From Octopus bimaculoides (taxonomy: Eukaryota), in contig NC_068987.1 in NCBI RefSeq assembly GCF_001194135.2, positions 94,165,984-94,204,888 of the forward strand: a stretch of DNA of 38,905 bases, in the 5' to 3' direction. Positions 1-10,819 of this stretch are shown one piece after another (position 1 is the stretch's first letter; every line of letters begins with the position of its first letter). A model generated the notes under the pieces. The model saw nothing but the letters and a program-made list of their open reading frames with translations. It was not told where the DNA came from and made no database searches. A program made the translations under genes and the position numbers.

Positions 1-58
1 ATATATATATATACATATATACATATTTATATATACATCAACTAAGACCTGCGCACAA

Positions 59-974
59 ACGAGGGGATACCTGAAAGAAATCGGAATTTTGCAATATTAT
101 TTTATTTATTTAGTTTTACATGTTTACACTTTTATCGCCTTCAAAGTATTCTCCATTGGGAGTAATGCATCAGTTAAGGCGCGTTTTCTACTGTTCGAAA
201 CAGTCCTGGAACTCTTGTGAAATGATGTCTTTTAATGCTTCCGTCTTTTTTTTCTTCTTCATGTCTTCCACACCTGCAAAACGGTTTCCTTAAAGGACTT
301 TTCTTAAGGAAGGAAACAAAGTCACATGGAGGAAGATCGGGTGGATGCGGTGGTTAAGTAAGAAGGGTCATGCATTCAGTCGTGACTGCTTTTGATCTTC
401 GGTAGGCAAGCGAGGCATAAATTTTGTTGTAACTCTTTTCATTCGCAATTCCACGCTCAAAATTCGTTGGCAGGAGCTCCAGGATACCCTAGTCATATCA
501 ACAAGGTCGTCAAATGTTCAGCGACGGTAACTCTATGATCAGTTTATGAATTTTCATGATGTTTTTATGCGTTCGGTAGGTCGACGGTCATCCTGAGCCA
601 GGCTGTCTTCAATCGACAAGCCTGAAAAAAAAGCGGGAAAACCAATCGTAAACTTGTGTTTTTCTCATGGCAGCATCCTTGGAAGCTGTTTGAAGCATGG
701 CCACTGTTTCGATCGCTGTTTTCCCCAGAAGAAAACAGAATTTCACGGAAGCATGCTGTCCCTTCGTTTCAGCCATCGCAAAAAATTGACGAACCGGTGA
801 GAAGCACTGCAAAACGAAGACGCACCACGTGACAATACGACTCTAACTGATGACGCCGGTTGAGAGACTGATGCCTGAGAGTTACAGTAAGTGGCTTCTA
901 GCGGTAGAAGCTTGAACTACAACGGGCTTGTCCCACAGAGAACGTTTCCGGTTACTTTTGGGTACTCCTTCGTA
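59..974 (-). mobile_element. Mariner (Tc1/mariner) DNA transposon, internally deleted and decayed; ends resemble irritans-type 5'-CGAGGG TIRs
   Basis: Imperfect TIRs: 60-86 cgaggggatacctgaaagaaatcggaa vs reverse complement of ~947-973 cgaaggagtacccaaaagtaaccggaa (20/27 identical by hand), with TA at 973-974. Minus strand gives the N-terminal HTH MAETKGQHASVKFCFLLGKTAIETVAMLQTASKDAAMRKTQVYDWFSRF, then KFMPRLPTEDQK, PPHPPDLPPCDF (YSPDLAPCDF-like) and C-terminal EYFEGD. Confidence 0.92.
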
Positions 975-1219
975 CATACATGCATACATACATATGCATA
1001 CATCCACACGTCCATACATACATGTATAAGCAACAAAATTAAGTTTCCCACACGTAATGTTATGACTACATTTATGCACGAACACCCCCACAGATATGTG
1101 TACAGGTATGTACATTAATATAAAGATAAGTAAGTGATGACGATTAATTGCAGTGAGATTAAAGAATTCTTTTTAAATATTTCTGTCAGAAACTCTAAGG
1201 GTACAACAAAACAATTATA

Positions 1220-1247
1220 CTGATGAAGGACAGAGAAACGAAACGTT
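1220..1247 (+). ncRNA. Degenerate minimal type-I hammerhead-ribozyme-like motif
   Basis: CTGATGA (1220-1226) - AGGACAGAGAAAC - GAAA (1240-1243) - CGTT. Core boxes are intact, with an ACGT palindrome and a GUU triplet. Stems I and II pair poorly. Confidence 0.4.
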
Positions 1248-1389
1248 TGCGCAGTTTTGAAAGAAATTATGCTGAACATCCAGGTGTGGCATATCAGTAA
1301 GACCAAAGTGAAAGACGTATCCAAAATTAATGAGGAATTTTCAGATTCTACGTTCTAATATTTAACTTTAGACTTATACTTGTGACTCT

Positions 1390-1446
1390 GGTGAGTTTGA
1401 TGCAGTTTGGTGAGTCTGATGCAGTTTGGTGAGTCTGGTGCAGTTA
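1390..1446 (+). repeat. 19-bp tandem repeat x3
   Basis: Unit ggtgagtYtgRtgcagttt at 1390, 1409 and 1428. Confidence 0.9.
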
Positions 1447-1450
1447 ATAA

Positions 1451-1496
1451 CTGGAAGACGGTGGCTGCTTGAATAAGATATTCAAGGCGAAACGTC
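1451..1496 (+). ncRNA. Degenerate hammerhead-like motif with a strong stem II
   Basis: CTGGAAGA (1451-1458; CUGAAGA plus one base), perfect 8-bp hairpin CTTGAATA-aga-TATTCAAG (1468-1486), GAAA (1489-1492), ACGT palindrome and GUC triplet ending at 1496. Confidence 0.4.
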
Positions 1497-2339
1497 TAAA
1501 GGGAAGACACCCTGGTGAGAAAGGACTGGGATAAGTGGTTAGTGTAAAAATGTAGAGCGGATAAGATATGCGGAGAGTGAGAGGGAAGAGGAGGAGCGAT
1601 GAATGTGTGACTCATCTCCGCTCTCCCGAAGAAGGTGAAATCACTCTAATATCGGCTGGAGAAAAGAGGTCAAAGTATGTCGCAGGTCAGAAGTTTGGGA
1701 ATAGTGGTGAAAATGTATTTCGTGGCTTTGAAGATAGAAATAGTGTTTGAGAGAAAAATGTTTGATGCCTGAAAAAGTCATCAGTGATGGTGAAGCTTAG
1801 CAACTGAAGTGAATGAGAAGATTTTGGTTAAAATACAGAGATCGGTGAAGAAATAACATCAAAGTATAACCACAAACACCCTACTGACAAACATGCGCAG
1901 GGAGACAAACATGTTTACCCAGTGAGAGCTTAAATACTAAAAAAAAAAAAAGGTTCAATACTCAGTTGGAAATCGATCTTTTTTCTGTTTGTGATCAACA
2001 ATTTGTAAGTACACAAAAACGTACAAACAAACATGCATGGAAATATACATACGAACACACACACACACCTACACACACACACACACGCACACAGAGGAGC
2101 ATATACATAGAATTGTACAAACATTCTTGGTGAAAAGACTAGGTAAACAGTTCAACTCACAGTGAGCCAGCAACAATCTATAAGAACACTAAAAATAGGG
2201 AAGATTAGTTCACATATTCAACCAGTAACTCTCCACCGAGTTTCTTATCTGAATTCTTGCAACTGGGTTTTGTTTCTATTTAAGAGAACAGCGCATTCAT
2301 TATAGAAATCGCAGCCAATAAAAGATTATGTGTGTGTGA

Positions 2340-2377
<38 letters not shown>

Positions 2378-2534
2378 NNNNNNNNNNNNNNNNNNNNNNN
2401 NNNNNNNNNNNNNNNNNNNNNNNNNNNNNNNNNNNNNNNNNNNNNNNNNNNNNNNNNNNNNNNNNNNNNNNNNNNNNNNNNNNNNNNNNNNNNNNNNNNN
2501 NNNNNNNNNNNNNNNNNNNNNNNNNNNNNNNNNN
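2378..2534. other. Assembly gap inside a (TA)n array
   Basis: N-run flanked by (TA)n on both sides. Confidence 0.98.
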
Positions 2535-2571
<37 letters not shown>

Positions 2572-4471
2572 ATAGTCACATATGTGCGTGCGTGCGTGTG
2601 TGTGTGTGTGTAGATGGATGGATGGATGGATGGATGGACGGATGCCTAGATGCGCGCATAGACACTACCTGAAACCTAACCTCGAAAACAATCTCACCCA
2701 CAAACAAACAAAGTAAACAAAATTTACATCAGAGGTCAAATTCAACATGTTATCATTTTAATCCAGATACAAAGAACTCCCTGACATCTGGAAAACACAC
2801 TCCAACACGCAGTACAATGCAGTACAGTATTACAAGAGCAGAGTACATCGAGTCAAGGCTGGTTCATGAAATTATATATATTCGAGGGGAGTCGGGCGAG
2901 TTCATTGTCTACTTATTTATTCATTGAATATTTTATTTCTATTTTATTTTTATTATTTCGTTATTTTATTTCTTAACTGCAAAACCTCATCGTCTGCTTG
3001 TTCGTCTGCTTATTCGTCTGGCTTTGCTTCTCATATTCCTTGTATTTGTCTGACTTTCCGTTCTTACTGCGACTCTTAACACGAACAGATATATTTAGAA
3101 GTCGTGGAAAGTCCATAAAATGTTTATTTCTTTTAATTTGTATTCAGTTTCATGAATTTTGTGAACAATACCGTTGTTGTTTCTTGCTTCGTAACAAACC
3201 AGTCACTAACGTATTGCTACTGTGATGACGAAAGGAGAGTGACAAAGAAATAACTGTCTACTTTTCTATCGATGAAAGACTTGCCTTATATCTGGTCAAT
3301 TATAAGACTTGTGGGGCATTGTTTCGTCGTTTCTACCCATCGATATGTATTTATTAATCTAGTATTATGTATTAGAACAGGGTTCTAAGGACTTTTTTTT
3401 TCTTTAGACTTTTTCGATATCAAGTTACATCTGTTACTCCATCCCTCGACGACAGCATTTAATCTTTAAGTGGGGCTGTTTTCTCCTGCGAACTTCAACA
3501 ACGGTCAGTTGTTCAGAACGCAAAGAGCCGGAACGATTAACACAAAGAAATCTCATCGGACATATTAACGACTCTGTCGATTGATCACTTTGGTATTTAG
3601 ATCAATAGTCTAATCGATAAGAACTTTATTACTTTCATTTTAAACATAAAGGCTCTTCTTTCAAATCTAGTTTGTTCCTCTGTCTATATTTATTAATAGA
3701 ATACGCTGTCAATCGGAATTGAACCTTCTGTGTAAGTGTAAATTTAAAAAACTGTGGTCGCTTTCACATTGTAATCATATTTACGATAAGGTATCAACGC
3801 AGATAATTAATTAAATATTATAAAAATTAAATTTTATTTGATTTGTTCTCATTGTACTTGTATCGGAGTTTCTTAGTTTCTATTTTGTATTCTGTGTGTG
3901 TGTGTGTGTGTGTGTGTATAAACCCCGTGTCAAACTTGACTGAGATGCTCTATGATAAACACTATCCACCCATGACCATCCAATCATATTTTAAGGCTTT
4001 GTGTATCTCAACTGCAGTATTTGGTGTATTCTCTTTCAGCGCCGATTGAGGAAGATCTCTAACAAGCCACGTGACCTTGTGCTGTTGCCCCATTGGTTCG
4101 TCCGCTAACTTATACACTAGGGTTGGTATTTCACTTATTTTAGCTCTTTATTTATTTATTCACTAATTACTCCTTCCTATATTTATATATTTATCTCTTC
4201 AGTTTATTTGATCAAATCACGAGTTGAATGTAGCGATAGAAATATTTTGGAGTGACCCACCCGGGTAAAGTGTGTGTGTGAGGAGGGGGGTAGATGAGTA
4301 AAAACAAGTTTTTCATTGTAACTTAGAGTAACATAAAGAACGGTTGGTTAATCTTGAGAGAAGACATCAAAAACGTTTCCCAGAGTACACACACACCCAC
4401 CCACACACGCAATTACTTTCAGTGCAACTTATCATATATATATATACACATATATATATACACACAGACAG

Positions 4472-4504
<33 letters not shown>

Positions 4505-5553
4505 TATCACAAATATAGAAATAGGCACTCAGACGGCTGTACACAAAAGAAGATTGTCAGCTTTCTGTAACCGAAATATTCCACAAAAGAAATAAGAGCA
4601 GATCTTACAGGCAACCCAACTGAACTGCAACACATAAATCCGATGAAAATAAATTAAACACACACACACATCCAAACAAACACACATTTACACAGGCAAG
4701 CACGCACGCACACGCACAAATATATTTGGATATGTTTCTATATTTGTGTGCTGGTATGTATATGTATGTGTGCTTAATGTGTATGTATATGTGTGTGTGC
4801 GTGTGTTTAATGTGTATGTATGTGTGTGTGGACGAGTGGGTTTCAGAATATATTTCATCACCGATATACCAAAGACAGGTCAGCCTCTATACAATGTTAT
4901 CTATCTGGAGCAGTCTTTTACCATCGCCACCAATTTTAGCAATTCAATAATCCGAGCCGACCGTTTCTTTTTTTATTAAATATAAATAAAAAAAAAGCAA
5001 GAATTTTCCCAAAATTTATGATCTTAACATTTGGTACTTCACTTGGGGAAGAATTCTTTAGATTCTGTTGACAGTAAATATTGTGTTGCAGACTCTCTGC
5101 CGCTGCCTTACCCAACGAAATATTTTACACTTAATAAATATTCCTAGCGAAAGATTCTGTCTTGGCAACTCTTAGAGAATACCACTGTGACCCATTTCTT
5201 GTTATGGCCCAAAAGTAGGATAACAGTGGAATCAGTTTAAAGATATGGTTCTTGGGACTACATCAATCGAACTACTAAACTCGACTAATGAAGAAACTCT
5301 GCTTCAATTTACAAATATAGTGATGTCGCTCATTTTATACTGAGTGTTTTTCGTTTGATGTGCCCGTTAACAGCTACGTGGACTGAGTTTTCTGCAAGTT
5401 ATTGCTGTAGAAAAAAGGTTGTAAGAAAGGTAAGATGTGAATACAACTCATAAGCCGATATATCGCAGGCTTTTCTTTTATCTCACACACTCTGTGTAGT
5501 GTGTGTATTTGCATGCATATCTGTAGGCACACACACACACATACATACATGTA

Positions 5554-5618
<65 letters not shown>

Positions 5619-5639
5619 GCATAAACCGTTAATCCTTAT

Positions 5640-5790
5640 ACATTTTCCCCTCTCCATTTTTTTCTCCCTCAATTTTTTTCTCACTCAGCCCTTTCTTACA
5701 AAGAACGTAGGCTCGAAACGGTAAAGACTTTTCTATTCTTCCCGAGCGTCAAACTAATACACCTGCTTGTTGTCTGTAAATTTGAACTTA
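5640..5790 (+). repeat. Dispersed short repeat, related copy at ~33990-34150
   Basis: Both copies share a pyrimidine-rich 5' part, cgtaggctcgaaacg, tcaaa..atac..cttgcttg/cctgcttg and atttgaac. Confidence 0.65.
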
Positions 5791-6063
5791 TATATATATA
5801 TATATAGGCAACTTATAAGCAACCACCTAGAAGCAAATAATGACTTGCTGTATATAATCAAACCAAGCAAAGTCGAGTGGATCGAATGAGATATCTTTTG
5901 AAAAGTCAGCTGATGAGACACGTCTACACCGAAGGGTGCACTATAGCCAGTTGTATAATATATCACCTGCGAGGGATCGATACAAGTGGGAGTATATATG
6001 ATCGTTGTGATTAATCTCCTGAATTCCATTTTCTGTTTCTATTTTTGTTGTATGTGTGTGTGT

Positions 6064-6106
<43 letters not shown>

Positions 6107-6705
6107 GGAGAAAAGACAAAGGAATAGATAGATAGATGTGTGTCTATATGTGTATATTGTCTCTCTTTCCCTGATCCTATCTATCTGTATGTCTATCTTG
6201 CACTTTCTCTTTCCGTCTTTGTATGTATTTTTACAGACACACACATGTACTTATTCATACCTTTGACCACGACGTACTTTCCCCCAAGTTATTAATTCCC
6301 TGCTGTCAGTTTGTACAATTACGCACGTTTATCATTTTGCTTCTCACACATTGTATATTATATATATATATATATATATATTACTCTATGAAGCTCTAAG
6401 TTTCTACAGTTGGACGGATGCAAGGTGAACCGAGCGATCTCTGATGATTTTGTGATGAGAGATGAAATTAGTCTGCTTGCTTATCACTTCTAATTTTTGA
6501 AAGTCAGAAATCCAATTCCAATTCTATTTTCTCAAGACTAAATATATCTACACTAATTGCATTGTGTGTGTGTGTGTGTGTGTGTGTAATGTATGTGTAT
6601 ACATAAACACATACATACACACACAATGTAATTAATGTACGCATACACACGTATATATACGCGTACATTTGCGTATACATACGTATACAAAATGAGACTA
6701 GCTTT

Positions 6706-6748
6706 TCCTCCTCCTCCTCCTCCTCCTCCTCTTCCTCCTCCTCCTCTC
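6706..6748. repeat. (TCC)n microsatellite
   Basis: Direct reading; explains the poly-E and poly-R ORFs. Confidence 0.95.
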
Positions 6749-6939
6749 CGTCACTGCAATAATTCGAGTTGAGTTTATGACGTTCTGCAACCAATTATTA
6801 ATCAGCGTTGTTGTATTCATAGTAAAGAAATGTTTGTAACATTGAGGCCCACGAGAGCAAAAACTGGGAACATTTGAAGCAGATTGAGTCACTGACTCGA
6901 AGTCATCTATAGCTATACTAAGCAACTGAGCTGTTGCTC

Positions 6940-8105
6940 AGTTCTAACAAGCAGGTGGCCGTATTGCTTGCTGTTTATGAAAACATCTGCTGACCTGGTG
7001 GTCCTCATGAAAATCGTGATATTCTCATTCGTACTCGAGATAGCAACGTTAAACCTGTTTCAGAGACTCATCCATCTTATGATACTCTCCAGTACCCTCT
7101 TATTTTCTGGAATGGACAAGATGGATATCATTTCAATGTTCCACCGATTGAATCTGCAACAGGAGAGCCAATTATATACAAAAGGGTGTAATCAAATGAC
7201 TTCTATTCTTACCAACTGATGTTAAGATCAGAACAATCAAATCAATAACACGTGTATCGTTATCTATTTCATCAATATCTGGTTGATATGTATGCTAAAA
7301 TTCAGAGTCAGCATCTCCTTTATATTTGTAACAATCACAAAAAATTAAGGGCTAAAAATTATATTCATCTCCAAGATGCTCTGAGGACAGATGGTGATAT
7401 TCAAAACATGAGGCAACTTATAATCCTCCCATTATCATTCACAGATGTCCTTGATATATGCACGAATGAACACAAGATGCTATTACATATGTCAGGACAA
7501 ACGGAAAACCAGATCTTATTGTCACTTTCACCTGCAATCCTAAATGGGAGGAAATAAAGTCTAACCTTCTTCCAGTGCTGCATTTTCTAATATTGCAGCT
7601 ACCTTCCTCAATGGGGAAAGAACAGCTCATTCCATGTTCAAGCGTTCTTGAAACCTTGCAATGAAAGAATCTCAAATGTGCAAGATTTCCAAAAATTCTG
7701 CAATGGCAGCAGTTCGCCAACAAACTTGCCTCAATGTTTGGGATGAGTGCACTGTCACAACGTGGAGCTCCAGAAGTACTTGACCGTTCTCTCCAAGACT
7801 TTTAAAAAAAACAAAAGGGAGAAATAGCAGTTCTTCTTGCAGGAAATTTTTATCAAACGTTGCCAGTTATCCACAAACGATCAAAAGCTGTCCTACAGGC
7901 AACAATCATAACAGTTAGTCACAAAGGAGAAAATGTCTTTATTCCCAAAATGCTTCTCACATACCTACAGATGTTCCATTTAAGTTTAAGACTCTTCACA
8001 TTCTAGTCAAACTAAGTTTTGGTATTTCAGTTAACAAATCTCAGGGTCAATCTCACAAGGTAGTTGCACTAGATCCCTCTACCTCATGCTTCTTCCACGG
8101 TCAAT
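6940..8105 (+). mobile_element. Helitron Rep/Pif1-helicase remnant (pseudogenised, two internal deletions)
   Basis: Reading across frames: SETHPSYDTLQYPLIFWNGQDGYH (from 7060), LFHQYLVDMYAKIQSQHLLYI..NHKKLRAKNYIHLQDA, IILPLSFT, TQDAITYVRTNGKPDLIVTFTCNPKWEEI, NIAATFLNGERTAHSMFK, WDECT, LLAGNFYQTLPVI, VLQATII..KGENVFIPK, SFGISVNKSQGQS, CFFHGQ. All are Helitron Rep and helicase motifs. Confidence 0.95.
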
Positions 8106-8133
8106 GCCAGATCATTCAGTTAGTATATATATA

Positions 8134-8456
8134 NNNNNNNNNNNNNNNNNNNNNNNNNNNNNNNNNNNNNNNNNNNNNNNNNNNNNNNNNNNNNNNNNNN
8201 NNNNNNNNNNNNNNNNNNNNNNNNNNNNNNNNNNNNNNNNNNNNNNNNNNNNNNNNNNNNNNNNNNNNNNNNNNNNNNNNNNNNNNNNNNNNNNNNNNNN
8301 NNNNNNNNNNNNNNNNNNNNNNNNNNNNNNNNNNNNNNNNNNNNNNNNNNNNNNNNNNNNNNNNNNNNNNNNNNNNNNNNNNNNNNNNNNNNNNNNNNNN
8401 NNNNNNNNNNNNNNNNNNNNNNNNNNNNNNNNNNNNNNNNNNNNNNNNNNNNNNNN
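8134..8456. other. Assembly gap
   Basis: N-run after a (TA)n stretch. Confidence 0.98.
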
Positions 8457-8511
8457 CCGACCAAAGCTTTGTGAGTGGATTTAGTATACGGAAACTGAAA
8501 GAAGCCCGTCG
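8457..8511 (+). mobile_element. SINE family A fragment (5' part lost in the gap)
   Basis: ccgaccaaagctttgtgagtggatttagtatacggaaactgaaagaagcccgtcg matches 31704-31757, followed by (TATG)n. Confidence 0.9.
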
Positions 8512-8704
8512 TATATATATGTATGTATGTATGTATACATGTATGTATGTATGTATGTATGTATGTATGTATGTATTGGTACTATGCAGGTGTCGAAACC
8601 ATAATGATATCTGTGTGGCAGCTGATGATGGAGGTATGTTGGATTGTTGGTAAGGTTGTTATTGTATGTGCGAATAGTTTTATAAAACGACACTAGCCCA
8701 AACA

Positions 8705-9110
8705 CACCTTATCATACAGTTTGGTTTGAGGATGAGGAGTGGTGCTGTAATTTTTTTTTTTTCGGGGATTCTGAAATTGATTTAGTCAATAGGATGACTA
8801 AAGACTTCAACATAGTTCCGTGTTTGTATTTGGTTTGCAAGATTCTTAATGTGGATTCGTGTGTTGAAACAAATATTATCTTGGAAGAGTCATTATACCA
8901 ATACTAATAAGAACATATACTGGTTCAATATTACTTCGACATTGTTAATCAGATATTTAACCATCTCACTGATCGATTGTTTGTTTATTGTATTAGTTAA
9001 ACAATCACTCGGTTTTTTGTTAGTCAAATTCCCTTCATTGCTATTAGCAACCTCTTCAATGACATGTCTCCTCCCTTGAAGGTCTATTTTGAATCTCAAC
9101 CACAGTTTCA
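8705..9110 (-). mobile_element. Penelope-like element reverse transcriptase fragment (decayed)
   Basis: Minus strand reads ISEMVKYLINNVEVILNQYMF, then frameshifted SIGIM (8882-8905, IGIPMG-like), then TKLYDK (8708-8725). Order and motifs resemble the PLE RT region EFLIDNI..IGIPMG..TKLYDKRDDF. Confidence 0.55.
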
Positions 9111-9329
9111 AGCTACATCAAGATGTAGAGTAATTCATGGACCAGAGACCTGAGAGAACTACTTGCACCCAAGAGCCAGAAAACCGTGCGATGCGAAGAG
9201 TATAAATGCGACAGATTGTTGCGACTCCACAGCATTCGTTTACAACCAACCCTGCATATACATGTGGTATTTATATCTAAAACACTCCTTAAACAGGCAC
9301 TCCCCACTCACATACACCCAACTATGGCT

Positions 9330-9333
9330 GTAA

Positions 9334-9373
<40 letters not shown>

Positions 9374-9374
9374 C

Positions 9375-9410
<36 letters not shown>
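9330..9410. repeat. (TAG)n microsatellite
   Basis: Direct reading. Confidence 0.97.
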
Positions 9411-9639
9411 AAGCTGTAATCAGTTGTGGTGGAGGTGGTGTTGACAGTGTGTAGGTTAGAGTCAGAATATTGGATGTCAGACAGGAAGTTTAAATTGCAG
9501 GCCACTTGTTAATAACCCTAATTAGGGGGGATTAACGCTAGGATTAAAGGCTGAAAAACATGCGTGTATGTGTGTGTGAGAGAGAGTGTGTATGTATGCG
9601 TGTGTGTGTATTTATATATATATATATAGTTATAGAGAG

Positions 9640-9670
<31 letters not shown>

Positions 9671-9790
9671 TGTTTGTTTTGTGTGTGGATGTGTGCATAT
9701 TAGTTGAATGCAGAGAGTACTTCAGAGAAGGGGGGGGACTAATGTATAAAGACGTGTGTATGCAATTATATTTCCTTCTAGTTGTGTGTA

Positions 9791-9842
<52 letters not shown>

Positions 9843-10286
9843 AGTTAGTAGAAATTCATATCTGAGCAATCAAGTGCATGTGGTAGAAATTGAAATGCGA
9901 ATGACAACATATTTACTTCGTCATTAAGTAAAAATGTAGACAACTCCCACAAGATGCAAAGCTCAACACATACACACGCACACACGCACACGCAACATCA
10001 AACTCAACACACATACACACACGCACGACACACATTTAGGCACAAATACACGTTGATGCAATATTTTTTTTATTATTTTAATAAACTTAAAATGTTTGAC
10101 ATCAAATAAATACAAGGAAACTACTTCGCATCGTCTCACACGGATTTCTAATGAAGAACCATTCTGTTCCACAATCAAACGATTGCATTAATACCATACT
10201 GTATATCAATTACGTATGGGGCGGGCCTCCGTGTCTGTGCATGTGCATTAGCGTGTATGCACCTATATATATATATATATATATAT

Positions 10287-10727
10287 NNNNNNNNNNNNNN
10301 NNNNNNNNNNNNNNNNNNNNNNNNNNNNNNNNNNNNNNNNNNNNNNNNNNNNNNNNNNNNNNNNNNNNNNNNNNNNNNNNNNNNNNNNNNNNNNNNNNNN
10401 NNNNNNNNNNNNNNNNNNNNNNNNNNNNNNNNNNNNNNNNNNNNNNNNNNNNNNNNNNNNNNNNNNNNNNNNNNNNNNNNNNNNNNNNNNNNNNNNNNNN
10501 NNNNNNNNNNNNNNNNNNNNNNNNNNNNNNNNNNNNNNNNNNNNNNNNNNNNNNNNNNNNNNNNNNNNNNNNNNNNNNNNNNNNNNNNNNNNNNNNNNNN
10601 NNNNNNNNNNNNNNNNNNNNNNNNNNNNNNNNNNNNNNNNNNNNNNNNNNNNNNNNNNNNNNNNNNNNNNNNNNNNNNNNNNNNNNNNNNNNNNNNNNNN
10701 NNNNNNNNNNNNNNNNNNNNNNNNNNN
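10287..10727. other. Assembly gap in (TA)n
   Basis: N-run. Confidence 0.98.
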
Positions 10728-10819
10728 ATATATAATAACATAAATAATATATAAATATATGCATATATCCATACATATATGTACATACCTACATCTATAT
10801 GTATACATACATGCATATA

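Noticed and set aside
2280-2613. ORFs spanning N-gaps or microsatellites (also 10151-10975, 13479-14111, 22675-24393, 32172-32997 and the many poly-HT/CV/YI/RE ORFs)
   Set aside because: They are open only because of Ns and simple repeats; no coding signal.
5910-5940. CTGATGA followed by GACACGTC and a CACC-GAAG-GGTG hairpin
   Set aside because: No GAAA box or NUH in hammerhead geometry.
6437-6478. CTGATGA...GAAATTAGTC hammerhead-like order
   Set aside because: Helices I and II cannot form; the CTGA lies inside a competing ATCTCT/AGAGAT stem.
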